A stretch of 64,000 bases of DNA from the human T2T-CHM13v2.0 reference genome, Homo sapiens, in assembly GCF_009914755.1 (NCBI RefSeq), contig NC_060925.1. One strand, 5' to 3'. Below, one piece after another: positions 47,921-64,000 of the stretch. The notes below the pieces were generated by a model that worked only from the letters and a program-made list of their open reading frames with translations, was not told the DNA's origin and ran no database searches. Each line of letters begins with the position of its first letter. The first letter of the stretch is position 1. The translations under genes were made by a program, and so were the position numbers.

Positions 47921-49311
47921 CCCATGACCTAAAAAAACATGTTTGTTGTATATATCTTTACTAATATAATTTATATTATTGTTTTGTGTGTTTAAAAAAT
48001 TCACATCATTCATGCAATAAAAATTGCCACATTATTTTTGAGCTTGCCCAGGATGACACACACTGCTCTGGCTCACTATTTTAACCATCTGTATATGAAT
48101 ATGCCCACTTCCCTGCTGCTGGTCATTTTGGTTGTTGCCATCTCTCACTGCTTGAAATAGTGCTGAGCAAATGATCTCGTCCATGTTTCCCATGCCCATG
48201 TGAGAGTGTCCCTCTAGGGGACCCCTAGAAGTGGCAGCTACTGCTGTGTCACTGGTGTGTCTGTCCTCAGTTTTACTGGACATTGCTATAAGACTTTCCG
48301 AAGTGAACGTGCCACTCTGTATCCCTGATTCCTTGTGGCCTACTAACACCTAGTGTTACCACATGTGTTGATTTTTGCCAGCTTGATGCATGTAATGTGG
48401 TATCTTATTATTATATGAACGATCACATGAAAGAATTTTTAGGGTAAAGGGAAACATTTTAATTTTTTTTCTGGGAGTGATATCTGTAAGATGGCTGGCT
48501 AGTGATGCCTAGCGTTCATCCCCTGCACACAAAAGGACCAACACAATGAATAAACAGCAAAGATCTGACCGAAATGTTGAAGAGAGTGGAGAGCTGGAGC
48601 GCAGTGGGCGAGTGAAGATATACCTGTGGTGAGGGGAAATCCAGGAGGGCGGCATGGAGGCACCCTGCCTCTGTAGCCTCACATTCTGCATCTGAATCAG
48701 ATCTGTCCGGAGTCAGGCAGGACTTTCCATTATGAGGAAAAGTGAAGCAGAAGATCTCCACCAGCCCCTGTTGCTGCTGCAAACATTTATAATCCTTACT
48801 ACAGGAGAATCCCACAGTCCTCACAAGCCCTAGACCAGGTTTGGAGAGCTGCCGGGAACTCAGGCGGCTGCATCACCCAAGATTAGGAGCACAAGGTATA
48901 CACTTCCCACCCCTCACCCACCACCGTCTGTGAGACAAGCTGCTGCAGCACAGTGCCATCTTGAGACTGCAGCCAACTTTTAGAGTACATCCTCCTCTGG
49001 GGGCCGAAAGCCACTGCACCTGCCCAGCACTGGGGCTCCATCTTCATTCAACCAAGCCCAGATGGTTGGCTAAATGGCACAGCACTAGCTGCGTGGAGCC
49101 TGGGCTGTGATGCTGGTCCTGCACAGCAGGGAAACCAGGCCCTCAGCCCCATTTCCAGCTGGAGGAACAGTCTGGCAATCCTGCTTAGGGTGAAATCCCC
49201 CTTGAACTAGCCAAGCTACTGCATGCCCTTCCTCAAGCAGAAGGGGCCTCCAAGTCTCCAAGCAACTGGTAGACCCCTGAGCCAGCAGAGTGGCTACACT
49301 CCCATGCACAA

Positions 49312-49900
49312 GGCCTGAGAAACAGCCCCGCAGAGCTCCCCACAGCATGCAGATATGTTCCTCAGCTGCCCAATGGTCCTGTGCCCCCAGTAAGGGCCTG
49401 AGAAATAGTCCCACAGGCTGCCCCTGGTGTGCACATCCCCAGGCTAGCCAAACATGCAGGAACCCACAACATGGACCTGAGAAACAGTGCCACAGGTCAC
49501 CCCGTGCAGACATGCATCCAGGCAAGCTGAGAGGACATATGACCATGACCTGGGCTTGAGAAATAGCCCTGGGGGCTGCCCCTGGCAGACATACCCCCAG
49601 GCTAGCTGAGCAGCTGTGCACCTGCATCCTGAGCCTAATAAACAGCTCTGTGAGTAGCCCCCAGCAAACATCCCCCCAGGCCAACCAAGAAGTTGTGCAG
49701 CTATGTTCTGGGCCTGAGAAACAGCCCTGCAGGCTGCTCCTGGCAGACATGTTCCCAGGCCGGCTGAGCAACTATGTGCCTATGCTTCCAGCCAGAGTAA
49801 CAGCTCAATGGTCCAAACCTCAGTGAGCCAGACCTCAAGTTGGCCAACCCACCATGTGCACACATGCACTCCTAACTTGAGAAACAGCCTGGCAAGACCA
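49312..49900 (+). repeat. Degenerate ~79-bp tandem array inside the L1 5' UTR (about 8 units)
   Basis: GGCCTGAGAAACAGCCC-like anchors at 49312, 49395, 49474, 49553, 49632, 49711, 49790, 49874. Confidence 0.8.
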
Positions 49901-50556
49901 CCTGTGGCAAAGCTGCACCACCATTGCAGCTTAGGCCACTGAGCAACTTGCAAACACCATAGTGTGAATTACAGCTGAAGAAACTACATGGAATCTACAT
50001 TACTGCATCCACCTAGAACCAAGGCCAACATACTACACTGAACTGACACCCCAAGACCCATTCTTATGAATAAGTCTTTCCCTACAAAACCTACTCCATA
50101 AAATTGAAAGAGGCAACTTTTCCACCAAATGCATAGAAATCAATGTAGGGACACAACCAATATAAAAAAGAAAGGAAACATGACACCTCCAAAGGAAAAT
50201 AATAATTCTCCAGTAAAAATCCCAATCATAAGGAAATATATGAAATGCTAGAAAAAGCATTCAAAATAATCATCTTAGGGAAACTCAATAAGATACAGGA
50301 TTCAGATACACAATTTAATGAAATCAGGAAAACAATTCACAATTTGAATGAGAAATTTAACAGAGACAGATATAAAATGAATCAAATGGAAATTCTAGAA
50401 TAATTCAATAAATGAAATAAAAAATACAATTGAGAGTTTCAAAAACAGACTAGACCAAGCAGAAGAAAGAATGTCTGAACTTTTCAAAAGGCAGGCCTTT
50501 TGAAATAACACAGGCAGATGGAACAAAAAAGAATAATGAATTAAAAAGAATGAAGA

Positions 50557-50857
50557 GGCCGGGTGTGGTGGCTCACACCTGTAATCCCAGCACTTTGGGA
50601 AGCCTAGGTGGGTGGATCACTTGAGGTCAGAAGTTCAAGACCAGCCTAGCCAACATGGTGAAACCCCATCTCTACTATAAATACACAAAGCAGCCAGGTG
50701 TGGCAGTACATGCTGTAATCCCAGGTACTTGGGAGGCTGAGGCATGAGGATTGCTTGAACTTGGGAGGCAGCGGTTTCAGTGAGCTGAGATCACGCCACT
50801 GCCCTCTTGCCTGGGTGATAGAGTGAGACTCCAGTCTCAAAAAAAAAAAAAAAAAAA
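50557..50857 (+). mobile_element. Alu (AluS-like) inserted in L1 ORF1
   Basis: Full dimer; TSD AAAAAGAATGAAGA. Confidence 0.92.
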
Positions 50858-51498
50858 GAATGAAGAAAGCTTACAGGACATAACTAAGCAAACAAAATTT
50901 TATGTAATGGGTGTTCCAGAAGGAGAAGAGAAGGGAAAGGGTGAGGAAAACATATTTAATGAAATCATAGCAGAAAACTTTCCAAGTCTTGGGAGAGAGA
51001 TGGACATCCAAGTCCGGAAAGCTCAAAGAACCCCCAAATAGATTCAACCAAAACAGGTCCTCTCCGAGGCACATTATAGTCAAATTGTCAAAAGTCAAAA
51101 ACAAAGAAAGAATTCTAAAAGCACCAAGAGAAAAGCATCAAGTCAGTTATAAAAGAATCCCCACTGGACTAACAGTGGATTTCTCAGTAGAAACCTTACA
51201 GGCCAAGAGAGAATGGGATGATATATTCAAAGTACTAAGAGAAAAGAACTAGACAGCCAAGAATATTATACCCAGCAAAACTATTCTTCAGAAATGAAGG
51301 AGAAATAAAATCTTTCACAGATAAGCAAAAACTAAGGGAATTCACCACCACTAGATTGGCCGCATAAGAAATGCTCAAGGGAGTCCTACAGCAAGTGAAA
51401 AAATGATAACCACCATCATGAAAACATGTGAAATTCTAAACTCACTGGTAGAGCTGATACACAAAAGAGAAAGAACGGAGTCAAACCTTATCACTACT

Positions 51499-51841
<343 letters not shown>

Positions 51842-52876
51842 TTATCACTATAGAAAACCTTCCAACTGTAAAAATAAATAAGAAGACAGGAAATAAGGAA
51901 CAAAGGTTACAAAAAATAACCAGAAAACAATCAATAAGATGTCAGGAGTAAGTCATCACCTATCAATACTAACTTTGAATGTATCTGGATTAAATTCCCT
52001 ATTTAAAATATATGGATTTGTTGAATAAATTTTAAAAAGCAAGACCCAACTATATTCTGCCAACAAGAAACTCACCTCAGCTGTGAACACACAGAGAGAC
52101 TGAAAGTGAAGGGAGGGAAAAAGGTATTCTCTAAACTAGAAACCAAAACCAAACAGAAGTAGCTGTAATTATATCAGACAAAACAGGTTTCAAGTCAAAA
52201 GCTGTAAAAAGGGGCAAATAATACTAAAGGGATCAATTCAGCAAGTGAATATAAAAATTACTATATATGCATCCAACAGCAGAGCACCCAGCTATATAAA
52301 GCAAATGTTATTAAACCTAAAGAGATAAAGCTCAGTACGATAATAGCTGGGGACTGCAACACTCCACTTTCAGCATCAGACAAATTATCTAGACAAAAAG
52401 TCAATGAAGAAACATTGGATTTAAACTTCACCATAGACAAAATGGACCTAACAGACATTTACAGGATATTTCGGTCAACAGCTGCTGAATACATATTCTT
52501 TTCATCAGCACACGGAACATTTTCCAGGACTGACCATATGTTAGGACACAAAACAAGTCTCAAACATTTTTTAAAAATTGAAATCATATCAACTATCTTA
52601 TCTTACCACAATGGAATAAAACTAAACATCGATAACAAGAGGAACATTTGAAACTATGCAAATATATGAAAATTAAAGTACATGCTCCTGAAATGAAGAA
52701 ATGAAAAATGAAATTTGAAAATTCCTTGAAACAAATGAATATCGAAACACAATATACCAAAACCTATGGGACACACAAAAGCAATATTAACAGCCAAGTT
52801 TATAGCAATAAATACCTACATTAAAAAACTAGAAAAATTTCAAATAAGCAATCTAACAATGCACCTCAAGGAACTA

Positions 52877-53227
<351 letters not shown>

Positions 53228-53307
53228 GAAATAATAATGACCAATGAAGGAATAAATAAAATTGAGACTAAAAAAATTTTTGTTCAGAGTAACAAAAAGT
53301 TGGCTTT

Positions 53308-53441
53308 AGCTGGGCATGGTGGCTCATGCCTGTAATCCCTCTCTACTTGGGAGGCTAAGGTGAGAGGATCACTTGAGGCCAGGAGTTCAAGACCAGCCTG
53401 GGCAATACAGTAATATAGTGAAACCCTATTTCGAAAAAAAA
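53308..53441 (+). mobile_element. FLAM / Alu left monomer
   Basis: gctgggcatggtggctcatgcctgtaatccc...gaccagcctgggcaa plus A-tail. Confidence 0.8.
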
Positions 53442-56306
53442 TGTGATTTTTTTTTAAAAGATAAACAAAACAGACAAACCATTAGCTAGACTAAGAAAAA
53501 AAAGAGAAGACCCAAATAAATATAATGAAAAATGAAAAAGGAGATGTTGCAACAGATACCACAGAAATACAAAGGTTCATTAGAGGTTATTATGAATAGC
53601 TACACACAAATAAATCAAAAAACCTAGAGGAAGTGGATAAATTCCTGGACACATACAACCTACTCAGATTGAACCAAAAAGAAACAGAAAACTTGAACAG
53701 ACCAATAACAAGTAACGAGATTAAATCAGTAATTAAAAAACCTCCCAAGAAAGAAAAGTCCAGGACTGGATGGCTGTACCGCTGAATTCTATTGAACCTT
53801 TAAAGAAGAATTAATACCAATTCTCAAATTATTCCAAAAATTGAAACAGCCAGAATTCTTCGTAATCATTCTATGAGGCTAGCATAACTCTGATACCAAC
53901 ACCAGACAATAATATAACAAAAAAGAAAACTTATTTTTTTTTAAGGGAAAAGGTAGGAGCTAGGCAGAGACTAAAGATGTAATGGAGAAAGAGGAGAATG
54001 AAACGAGCTTGCTTAGGAGGAGGGAGGAAGAGGAGGAAGGAGAAGGGACAAGGCTTCTCAGAGCTCAGAGCAAGGGGACAGATAGCAAGTGGAAACAGAG
54101 TTTATGTCAGAACAAATCCCAATCTTGTTGAGAAGGGAATAGTAAATGAACTGCAGAGGGAAAGAGGATGGGAAGTGGTTCAGAGTCTGAAGAGAGAAGA
54201 GCAGGATGTGAATTTGGCGTGAAGCCAGTAAGAGATCATTGAAATATGGCAGAGAGGAAGCGAGGAGCCGCTGGAATCTGCAGTGCACCCACAGCCAGTC
54301 TTCTCATTGCCAGCATCTCCGTTTTCTCTTCCTTCTGGACAATATTTGTCAACTACTAACAACTAGCAGCTGCTTTTTTTTTTTTTTTGAGGCCTTACTA
54401 TGTGCACTTGATAGATATCTTCCCAATTCACAATTACTTGTAATTGTATGATAGGTTTGAAGCAGAAAAGAGTTAAGGATGTTGGTTGGTGTAAGTTTTC
54501 TATAAGTAGGTACCATGTGGTGTGGCTGCTCAAAATGATGATACTCTTTAGGCTGCGTTAGTAGGAGCACATTAGTGTGAAGGAGAGCAAACAGTCCTGT
54601 GTTATTCTGCTCTGGTCAGGCCAAAGAAGCAATGTTCTTTTCTGTCCCAGGTAAGGGTGATAATCATAACTGCTACTATTCATTAGGCACCTACTATGTG
54701 CCAGCTCCCGTGAGATGCTTGCATGCATTCTTTTTAATCCCCAAAACAATCCCAAGAGGTAGATAATATGATCTTCATTTTACAAATAAGAAAACTTAGC
54801 CTCCAAGAGTTTCAGTTACATGCCAATGTCCTTAGAGAAAGGAGAAAAATAACACCTACTAAAGAAAGACCTAAGGAATAAGAGTGGTATCTTCAAGTAG
54901 CAGAAAGGCCATCATAAGGCAAAGGGACAGTACTGGCCCTTTTTGATCTGGCCATAAAAGGTAGAAATAGGCTCAATGGATGTAAATCACACAAAAAGAA
55001 GTTCCACTTAACAAAAGGAAGAACAGTCAGCCATATGACAAAATGTTTTGTGTTACCTTTGGTGGTAGTGAGTTCCCTGTTACTGGAGGTGTTCAAGCAA
55101 AGGCTGAATGAATGTTGGGCACAGCTGTACAGAGAATGCAAGCATTAGATGAGGAGTAGAACTAGATGCCCTTCTCGATATTTTCCAACATTCAAATTTT
55201 GTTTATATTTTTTAGCAATATAAAAAAGAGGTCAGGTCAAAAAGGGAAGAGGTTCAAAGACACCGGAATGGCTGGCCATGTGGCAATCCTCCACAAGCTG
55301 CAATTAGAAAACAAGAGGGGTTCTCCTGGCCATCGGGATGCGGAGTAGAAGTGAGGCTCTGCCTCATTCCGCCCACCCCTAACTTGGCTTCCGGTGAAGT
55401 CTCCTGGAGAAGTTAGAGGCAGAAGTTTAGTGTGCACGTTTCTGCCTAAGCAATTCTGCAACCATTTTTCACCAACTCAGGCTCAGGCAGGTGGCTGGCT
55501 ATGGTTTGTATCTGATTTGTTTGCATTTCTGTGGCAGGCAGCTGCTGTGACTGGTTGCAAAGGGAGAGATTTGCTTTGCACCTAATTTAATCCAAGGGTT
55601 AGGTAATGAGTTTGCTCCCCCTTAGAAGAGAGGAATCAACATGCTTCTTCCAATCTTATCTGTGCTTGCTTATTAGCAGGAGGGCTGCTCTGTGGACCTT
55701 GTTAGATCTCCAACGCATGTGATCACTACTCAGGGGTGATTTACTATACCTCCTGATATTAAAAACCCCTGAGCGAGACAAGAGAAATGAATAATGCTCT
55801 GTAGTGAATTTGTTAATGAATTTTCTTTCTGCACCCAAAAAGAAGAAACTGGAAAAAAAGGATGTTGGACCAGAGAAAGACCATAATTCTCTGCAAGTCA
55901 GGGTTCTTGATGAGTCTAGAGAGAAAATAATCAGAAACCTTTTTTTTTTTTTAAAATCCCATATTCCGTTCTAGTTAGGGATTGTCATTAATTTCAGGGT
56001 AGAAGATAGCTTGGCATCTTTCTGGTATTCTTAAAATAGAATAAATAGGCAGCCAACCTTAAAAAAAATAAGAGGTTTTGATCTAGGGTTTGAGTAATCT
56101 GGGCTGGCTTCTGATTTGCATATATATGTAATAAAGTATGTCCCTGTTCCCAAGGTTGATTGCTAGGAAGCTGAATTCATGAAGAATGAAACTCTGCTCA
56201 GTGACAGGTGAGGAGGCAGAGGGACTTCCTGTCAACTCCTCCAGGTGTGTACCTGTCTATAAACCCTCACCTGCTGGGTCAGGGTGTCTTGCTTCAAACT
56301 TGTGAC

Positions 56307-56479
56307 TAGGGCCAGCTTCCTAGGCATGTGGCCTGTGCAGGTGCACAGAACCCTGCACTTAGAAGGGGTTGAGCTTAGTTTAATGTTCTGCTGTTGCTGT
56401 CTTGAAATTCTTAATTTTTGAAAAAGGAACTCCTTATTTCCATTTTGCACAGGGCCTGGGAATTATGTAGCCGGCCCTG
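56307..56479. mobile_element. MER53-like hAT MITE
   Basis: Inverted ends agggccagctt / agccggccctg; internal gtcttgaaattcttaa...cattttgcac. Confidence 0.7.
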
Positions 56480-57029
56480 ACAGTTGATTTTTCATTGTCA
56501 ATGGCTCTGTCTTGCGTTCATCTGCCCTTTCCCAACTCTGACCTTTTCTCAGGGGCAAAGTGATGTTTGCTCTAAAAGCATACATATCATGTAAAAGTAT
56601 GTGTCTGTCTTTTAGGAAGACAATTTATTGCTTTTTATACCCTATTTAGAGAAGTAATACAGGTAAATTATAGGAAATCTGAAAAGTACGAAGAAGAAAA
56701 AAATTATCCATATACCCACCACACAATGATGTAGCTTTCTAGACTTTTAATACATACTTCTGTTTTGTTCTGGCTTTACATCATTGGAAATATCAGAAAT
56801 AATGTTTGGGAAAATGCTTTTTAAAGATTACTAACATAGCATGAGAATTTCCCCCATATCATAATTTTTTCTTCAAAAGTTTTTTTGTTGTTAGCTACAT
56901 AGCATTCCACTACACAAAAATGCCATCATTAACTCAAATGATCCCTTCTTTTTGGGCCATTTATGTTTACTACAAATAACACTGTAAAGATAACACTTAT
57001 ATACGTTAGAAAACCAAAAAAAAAAGATG

Positions 57030-57935
<906 letters not shown>

Positions 57936-60304
57936 AAAACAGATTATGCTGGGCGGGTTGAATTCCTAGAAGTAAGACCTTAGACATACATTGCCAATTG
58001 CCCTCTGGAAAACCCTTCCAATTTACAGTGGCTACGGAAGGAAGCAAGTGGGCGAAGGAGACGTGGAGGAAAAGGAGTTCTGCTTGGTGCTTTGGGCTCT
58101 GTGGGCAACAGCCGACTTTCTCTCTCTTTCAGTACTGGTTGGGGTGCACTGCAGTGATTTAGAGCAGAACTCGCTCTTCCACAATCCAAAATTCTTTCCT
58201 GGAAGTGGCGTGTCCCTGGCGCTCTCCTGTCCCCACCAGCGCTGAGGCGGGTGGGAGCTCCCAGGAGCGGCTTCACATTCAGTCGCTGCAGGATCACAGC
58301 ACTGATGCCCCTGCAAAGCTGCCACTGGGAACATTTTAGTGTGCTGGGCTTGGTTTAATGTCACCGTGCTCTTTCCAAAGTCTCCTGAGGGGAGAAGAAT
58401 AGCATTCCAAGCGTGATAGTTTCTAGTGAGGGTCTCTAATGAGGAAAGAGAGCTGCAGAGGAGGCGCTTGCTCCTGGGCAGCTGCTGCTGTCTCCCAGAT
58501 TCATTCTGAATGTCCACGATCCCTGCGTTCACAGAACGAGTCTGCTAGTGGCTGTCATGATCATTTAGGCTTTTATTTAGGCTTTGTGAGGGGGGATGTG
58601 ACCAGTTGGTCTGTTTACTACGGAGGCCTTGGCCTGTCTCTGTGGGAGGAGCTACCATATGCTGCTGGTGGGGCAGGAGCTCTTCACATCTCTTTGAAAC
58701 GCAAGTTGCAAAATCTCTGCATGTTTCTACTCTGGGTCTGTGGCCAGGGTGACTCCCAGAGACTGGCTTGTGCTAGTGGGGAGAGGAGAGGGGAGGAGTG
58801 TGTTGGGGGAGGCTGGGTTGAGAAGTGACATTTACAGACCAGCTGTGCAGCAGACCCCAAGGGATCCTCAGCCCCTGCAAGGCTTCCTTTGACCCTGTGG
58901 GTCTGGGGCAGGGAAGGAGGAGGGCCAGGGGTTCTCTTTACATTTAGCTGCCCCGGTTCTTCTTTGCTTTGGATGACCTTCTCTTGATGTGGTGAATTTC
59001 CCATCTGCTAGAGATACACAATTTCTGACTTCCACCGTTTTCCTTGAACTTCTTTCTGCCTCTGCTCATGAGCCCTCTTCTTGCTACAGTCCCACTCCCC
59101 TCCATCATATGCAAGGCACTGCTGGCTCCAGGGCTCGTGTGGGAGGTCTCGCACACACACAGGTTGGACCCACACCGGGCTAGAGCCACCAGGGACAAAC
59201 CACTGGCCTTTTGGCTCCTCCTCACATGTTCCCCTCCCACTTCCCCTACCCCAATCCCCATGGGAAGAACAAAAATCTCTGGTCTCTGCAGCCCACTGTG
59301 AAGAATGTCATCTGAAGGGAAGCCACACTGCCAGCAAAGGAAGTGGCCTCCTGCCTTCCCCCGCCTATGGTTCTGCCCCAAGTCCACTTAGTAAACAAAA
59401 ACTTCTTAGATTGGAGTCTGTGGATGCAGTCTTATGTTCTGCTAGTTCTCCAAGCATTGCTGGAATTTCGACTTTTCAATTTTATGATAAGCTTTACAGA
59501 AACTCATACCATTTATAAAGACAAAACTGAAGTCTGTGTTTTTGCATATATGTTTCCTGGGATCCTATGAAAATTTTTCTCCTTTAAAAGGGACTGAATT
59601 TTAGACAAGTTTGAGAAATACTGCACAGTGCCTCCAATGATAACAACAGCCTTTGTTGAGCCCGTAATCAATGGTAAACCCTGTGCAGCGGCTCCTTTCG
59701 CTCCTCCAGTAGCTAGGCATCCCCTTTTTCCAAAAAAAGGAGAGCAAAGCTAAGAGACAAAATGGCTGGCCGGTGCCACACAGGCCAGGAGGCCAAGATA
59801 CAAATGCCAGTCTGATACCAAAGCCCATACTCTTAATTTTATGAGGCTCTCCCTGTGGGAGGCATTGTTCTAGGCAGTGCAGGGATGAGAGTGGAATGTG
59901 GTTGTAAAAATTAACTCCAATATTCCTGGTCAGTTAGTTTGTAACCCACGAGAGGATATAACACATATATACATGTAACTAATAAAGATTGGACTGTGAC
60001 TACTGCTAGAAACCAAGTGCTAGGAAGTGCCTAGGAACAGATGAAAAGGCAAGTTTTAGCTTAATGGATTGGGTTCGAAGAGGGTAGGATCACTCATTTT
60101 TAAACCAACGTTTGATTGAGCTTCTATTTGGTGCAAGGAATTGTGCTGAGCACTGTCCTGCCTTCAAAGAGCTCTACTAGGGCAGACAGATGAATGAATG
60201 GACAATGACATATGCACAGGATGGGGAACCTCCTGGCGGGGGATGTTCTCCTCTCCACCTCAGGCTGGTTAGGGAAGCACTTGAGCAGTAGCAGAGAGGG
60301 AAGG

Positions 60305-60719
60305 TGTATTAGTTCATTCTCGCATTGCTATAAAGAAATACCTAAGGCTGGGTATGTACAAAGAAAAGAGGTTTAATTGGCTCACAGTTCTGCAGGCTGT
60401 ACAGGAAGCATGGCACTGGCATCTGCTCAGCTTCACGTGAGGCCTCGGGAAGCTTTCAATCATGGCAGAAGGCAAAGGGGGAGCCGGCATCTTACATGGC
60501 AAGAATGGGAACAAGAGAAAGTGTGAAGTGGGGAGGTGCCGCATACTTTTAAACAACCAGATCTTGTGTGAACTCACTCCTCACCAAGGGGACGGTGTTA
60601 AGCCATTCATGAGGGATCTGACCCCGTGATCCAAACACCTTCTACCAGGCCCCACTTCCAACACTGGGAATTACATTTCAACATGAGATTTACCGGGGAC
60701 ACAGATCCAAACCATATCA
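60305..60719 (-). mobile_element. MSTA/MSTB MaLR solo LTR
   Basis: tgtattagttcattctcgcattgctataaagaaatacc ... ccaaaccatatca; near-TSD gaagg/gaggg. Confidence 0.88.
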
Positions 60720-61721
60720 GAGGGGAAAGGGGATGTATGCTGAGTGCAGAGGAAACAGCTGGAACAAAAAGGGAGTGAGAGGCTGTGGGCCGCACAGGGA
60801 ATTAGAATCAGTCCTCCATTACCCAGGGCAGGGGGCGTTGCTTGGGTAGTGGCTGTAGAAAAGTGAAGGAGATAGGCCTAAGTGCAAATCACAAAGTTTT
60901 GAAGCTTTAACAGGGAAATAGGCAGTTTCTGGCAACCTGTTGAAGGTGTTAAGAATAGGAATTATAAAAAGTTAACAGGCTGGGCAGACACCTGAGGGAG
61001 GCCAGATAGGAGACTCTTGCAGTAATGCAGGTGAGAAATGGGGAGATCTTAGTTACGGCTTCTTATTGCACTCATGGTAAAGGCCCAGAGCCATTCCAAG
61101 GACCTATCAGGCCCCACACAGGCTGACCCGTTATCTCCAGCTAGTCTTCTCTGGTTCAGCCACACTGATCCTTAAACAAGCCAGCCATGTCGACCTCAGG
61201 GCCTTTGTGCCTCTCTCTGGAATGTCTCCTTTCCAGGGAAGCCTTCCTAGCCATTTTATTTAAAGTAGTCCCCTACCCTCAACTCCCTGTTCCATTTCCA
61301 TGTTGTAGTTTTCTCCATCTACCTCACTATAGCTTTTACTTCTTTGTTTATTTTCTGTCTCCTTCCAGTAGAATGGAAACCCCTTGAGGGCAGGTATGTG
61401 TCTGTCTTGCTCACTGCTGTCTCACCAGGTGCCTTCAGCCTGGCACATAGTAGGTACCTATAAATATTGGCTAAATGAGTGAATTATTGAATTTCATAGG
61501 TGAAAGAAAAAATCCACAAAGGCAGGGGTAGTAGCAGTGGGGTTGAGAACAGTGAAGAGGTAGGGAGAAATTTAGGAGGGATTGTGGATGACAGGACCTG
61601 GGATTGCTGAATGTGGGGGGAAGGGAGAGAGGAGTAAAGGGCTACTCTTAGGTGTCTGAGCTCCAGCATAGGGTCAGTGGGGGGCCATTTCAGCAGCTAG
61701 GAGACTGGTTTGAACTATGTC

Positions 61722-62050
<329 letters not shown>

Positions 62051-62514
62051 ACTATGTCTGGAGGATCCCTGGGAATTTCCTGGAGCCACTTTGGGGAACC
62101 ATCAAAGGGAAGAAGGGTTGAGCTGAGGAACAAGGCTCCAGTCAGAGAAAATCAGTATTTATTTTGTTTTTGATTTTCTTGTTTTGGTTTGGTTTAATTT
62201 TTAAGTCACTGAGATCAGAAATTATAATAACTTATAGTTATTGTGTTCTTACAATGTTCTGGATATTAGGCTAAGCATTTAAAACTAGATCTTCTCATTT
62301 CCTCTTTATGACAATTCTATAAGGGTGACACTATTATCCTCTTTCTACAGCCCAGGAAACTGAGGCAGAAGAGAGATTAAGTGACTTTTCTAAGGTCACA
62401 GAATTAGTAAGTGAAGAGCAATGCAATTCCTGAATCCATAGTCTAAAGAGAGAAAATAGACAATGTATGGTCTGGTGGAGAACAGAGTATCACCCTTATT
62501 ACTGATGATAGCAG

Positions 62515-62874
62515 TGTCACTCAGTTTTCACACTGCTATGAAGATACTACCTGAGACTGGGTAATTTATTAAAAAGGAGGTTTAATGGACTCACAGTTCT
62601 GCATGGCTGGGGAGGCCTCAGGAAACTTACAATCATGGCAGAAGGAGAAGGGGAGGCAAGGCACGTCTTACATGGCTGCTGGACAGAGACAGAGAGTGAA
62701 GGGGAAGTGCTACTTTTAAGACCGTAAGATCTCGCAAGAACTCACTATTACAAGAACAGGATAGGGGAAACCACCCCTATAATCCAATCACCTCCCACCA
62801 GGTCCCTCCCTCAACACCTGGGGATTACAATTCGAGATGAGATTTGGGTGGGGACACAGAGCCAAACCATATCA
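62515..62874 (-). mobile_element. THE1D-like MaLR solo LTR
   Basis: cacactgctatgaagatactacctgagactggg ... gggacacagagccaaaccatatca. Confidence 0.85.
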
Positions 62875-63309
62875 ACAGCTGTCACATCTAGAGCAAATTG
62901 AGGTTGTTAATGTCCATTCCAGAAACCAAGGTGAACAGGCTCTCAGGGTTGGTGCCTGTCTGGTTTCCAGCCAGGTAGACTCCAGCAGGAGCACCCTGCT
63001 CAGGTCGGTCTTTCTGACAGGTAATGAAATGTCACAGCAGAAAGAAGAGCTCCCCGCCCCCCAAGGTGTGCATGAGGGTGTGCTCCTGTTGAAAGTGTGG
63101 TGCTGGGTGGGGAGAGTTACCGAAGATGGAGAACAGTGGCTTGAAACCAATAAAAACCAACTGCTGGGAGAAACACTCACCAGTTTCTGAAGATCTTAAA
63201 CAAAGGACCTAAACTAGGAGATGGCAGACAAAATCATCAAAAAGAAATGTGTCCACTGGGGACTGTGGGGAGCCCCTGCCCCATCTGAAGGGCAGCTGCT
63301 GCCCTGGGC

Positions 63310-63500
63310 CAGCCAGTTTTTGCCACCAGGGGATGTGGGCTCAAGGTTGCTTCATTTTTCATTTTTTTTTAAAAGCCAGGAATCTGGATTTTTGCGCAAA
63401 ATCATCTGACTTTTAAACGTTGCCGAAACTCCCAAAACCGTATGTGGTCCAAACCAGTAACCTCACAGGGCCCCATCTGGCCTGCACGCCGTGGTTTGTG
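63310..63500. mobile_element. hAT-Charlie fragment (MER102-like)
   Basis: aaaagccaggaatctggatttt...ccatctggcctgcacgccgtggtttg; diverged. Confidence 0.35.
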
Positions 63501-64000
63501 TCCACTGACAAGGAATCTTAACCTCTTTGGGCCTTGGGAATCTGATGAAAATGTTCAGGCATTTTCTAGGAAAAAGAAATGCCTGAACAAACACATAATT
63601 TTGAGTATCATTTCTGGGTGTCTCTCTGCCCCCGGAATCATCCTTTTCTAAAGGCACACTTTGTAAAGGTAAGAGGGCTTCTGAGCAAACCTGAGGTCTG
63701 GGAAGGTACAAGCTGACAGGGGTATCTGGGTTTGTCCCACATCTGAATGAAACAGTGCTGTTTGTTGGAGTCAATATGTCCACATCTGTTTGCTTATGAG
63801 TCCTGCTTTGTACCCAACTTTCCTTGGCAGTCTTGGTTAATTCCCTCTGTATCAGTAAGGTTGCACAGGGGAGCAGGAAAGAGGCCCAAGAGGCCTGGAT
63901 ACTGGTCTGGAGGGGGCAGAAGAGCAGACATGAAGGCAGTGAGGGAGGCTGGATGTGGGGGGTGGGGGATGGGGGGGACTTTAGAGCTAGACTTTGAAGC

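Noticed and set aside
49085-49771. 228-aa minus-strand ORF
   Set aside because: Runs through the GC-rich tandem array of the L1 5' UTR; the repetitive peptide mirrors the DNA repeat.
49312-49900. Regularly spaced conserved anchors resembling a CRISPR repeat-spacer array
   Set aside because: The 'spacers' are themselves homologous, the anchors are degenerate, there are no cas genes, and the array sits in a mammalian L1 5' UTR. It is a tandem repeat.

Overview
Human (primate) genomic DNA, recognisably the HIPK1-OLFML3 locus (chr1p13 from memory). The window has three parts. (1) The 3' two-thirds of HIPK1 on the + strand: 14 coding exons from 8426 to the stop at 29173 whose splice phases all join in frame, then a ~4.3 kb repeat-free 3' UTR ending near 33530. 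(2) The complete 3-exon OLFML3 gene on the + strand (ATG 35178, stop 37430, 406 aa), starting only ~1.6 kb after the HIPK1 poly(A) signals. (3) A repeat-rich intergenic region with a MER9 solo LTR, four THE1/MST LTRs, the 5' half of an old L1, DNA-transposon fossils and a processed RPL13A pseudogene on the - strand that is split by an Alu. There are about 22 Alu elements. I see no prokaryotic, CRISPR or wholly new gene system. The best leads are splicing-level and are inferences that need RNA data: a clean 3' splice site 6 nt before the OLFML3 ATG plus phase-0 compatibility that would allow in-frame HIPK1-OLFML3 read-through fusions; an in-frame purine-rich cryptic exon in HIPK1 that would truncate the protein; an upstream acceptor with its own in-frame ATG; a GC-AG intron; and a 45-aa cassette exon with QKI/RBFOX motifs. 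Exon and residue numbers assume the canonical 16-exon, 1210-aa HIPK1 as I recall it; repeat subfamily names are from memory of consensus sequences.
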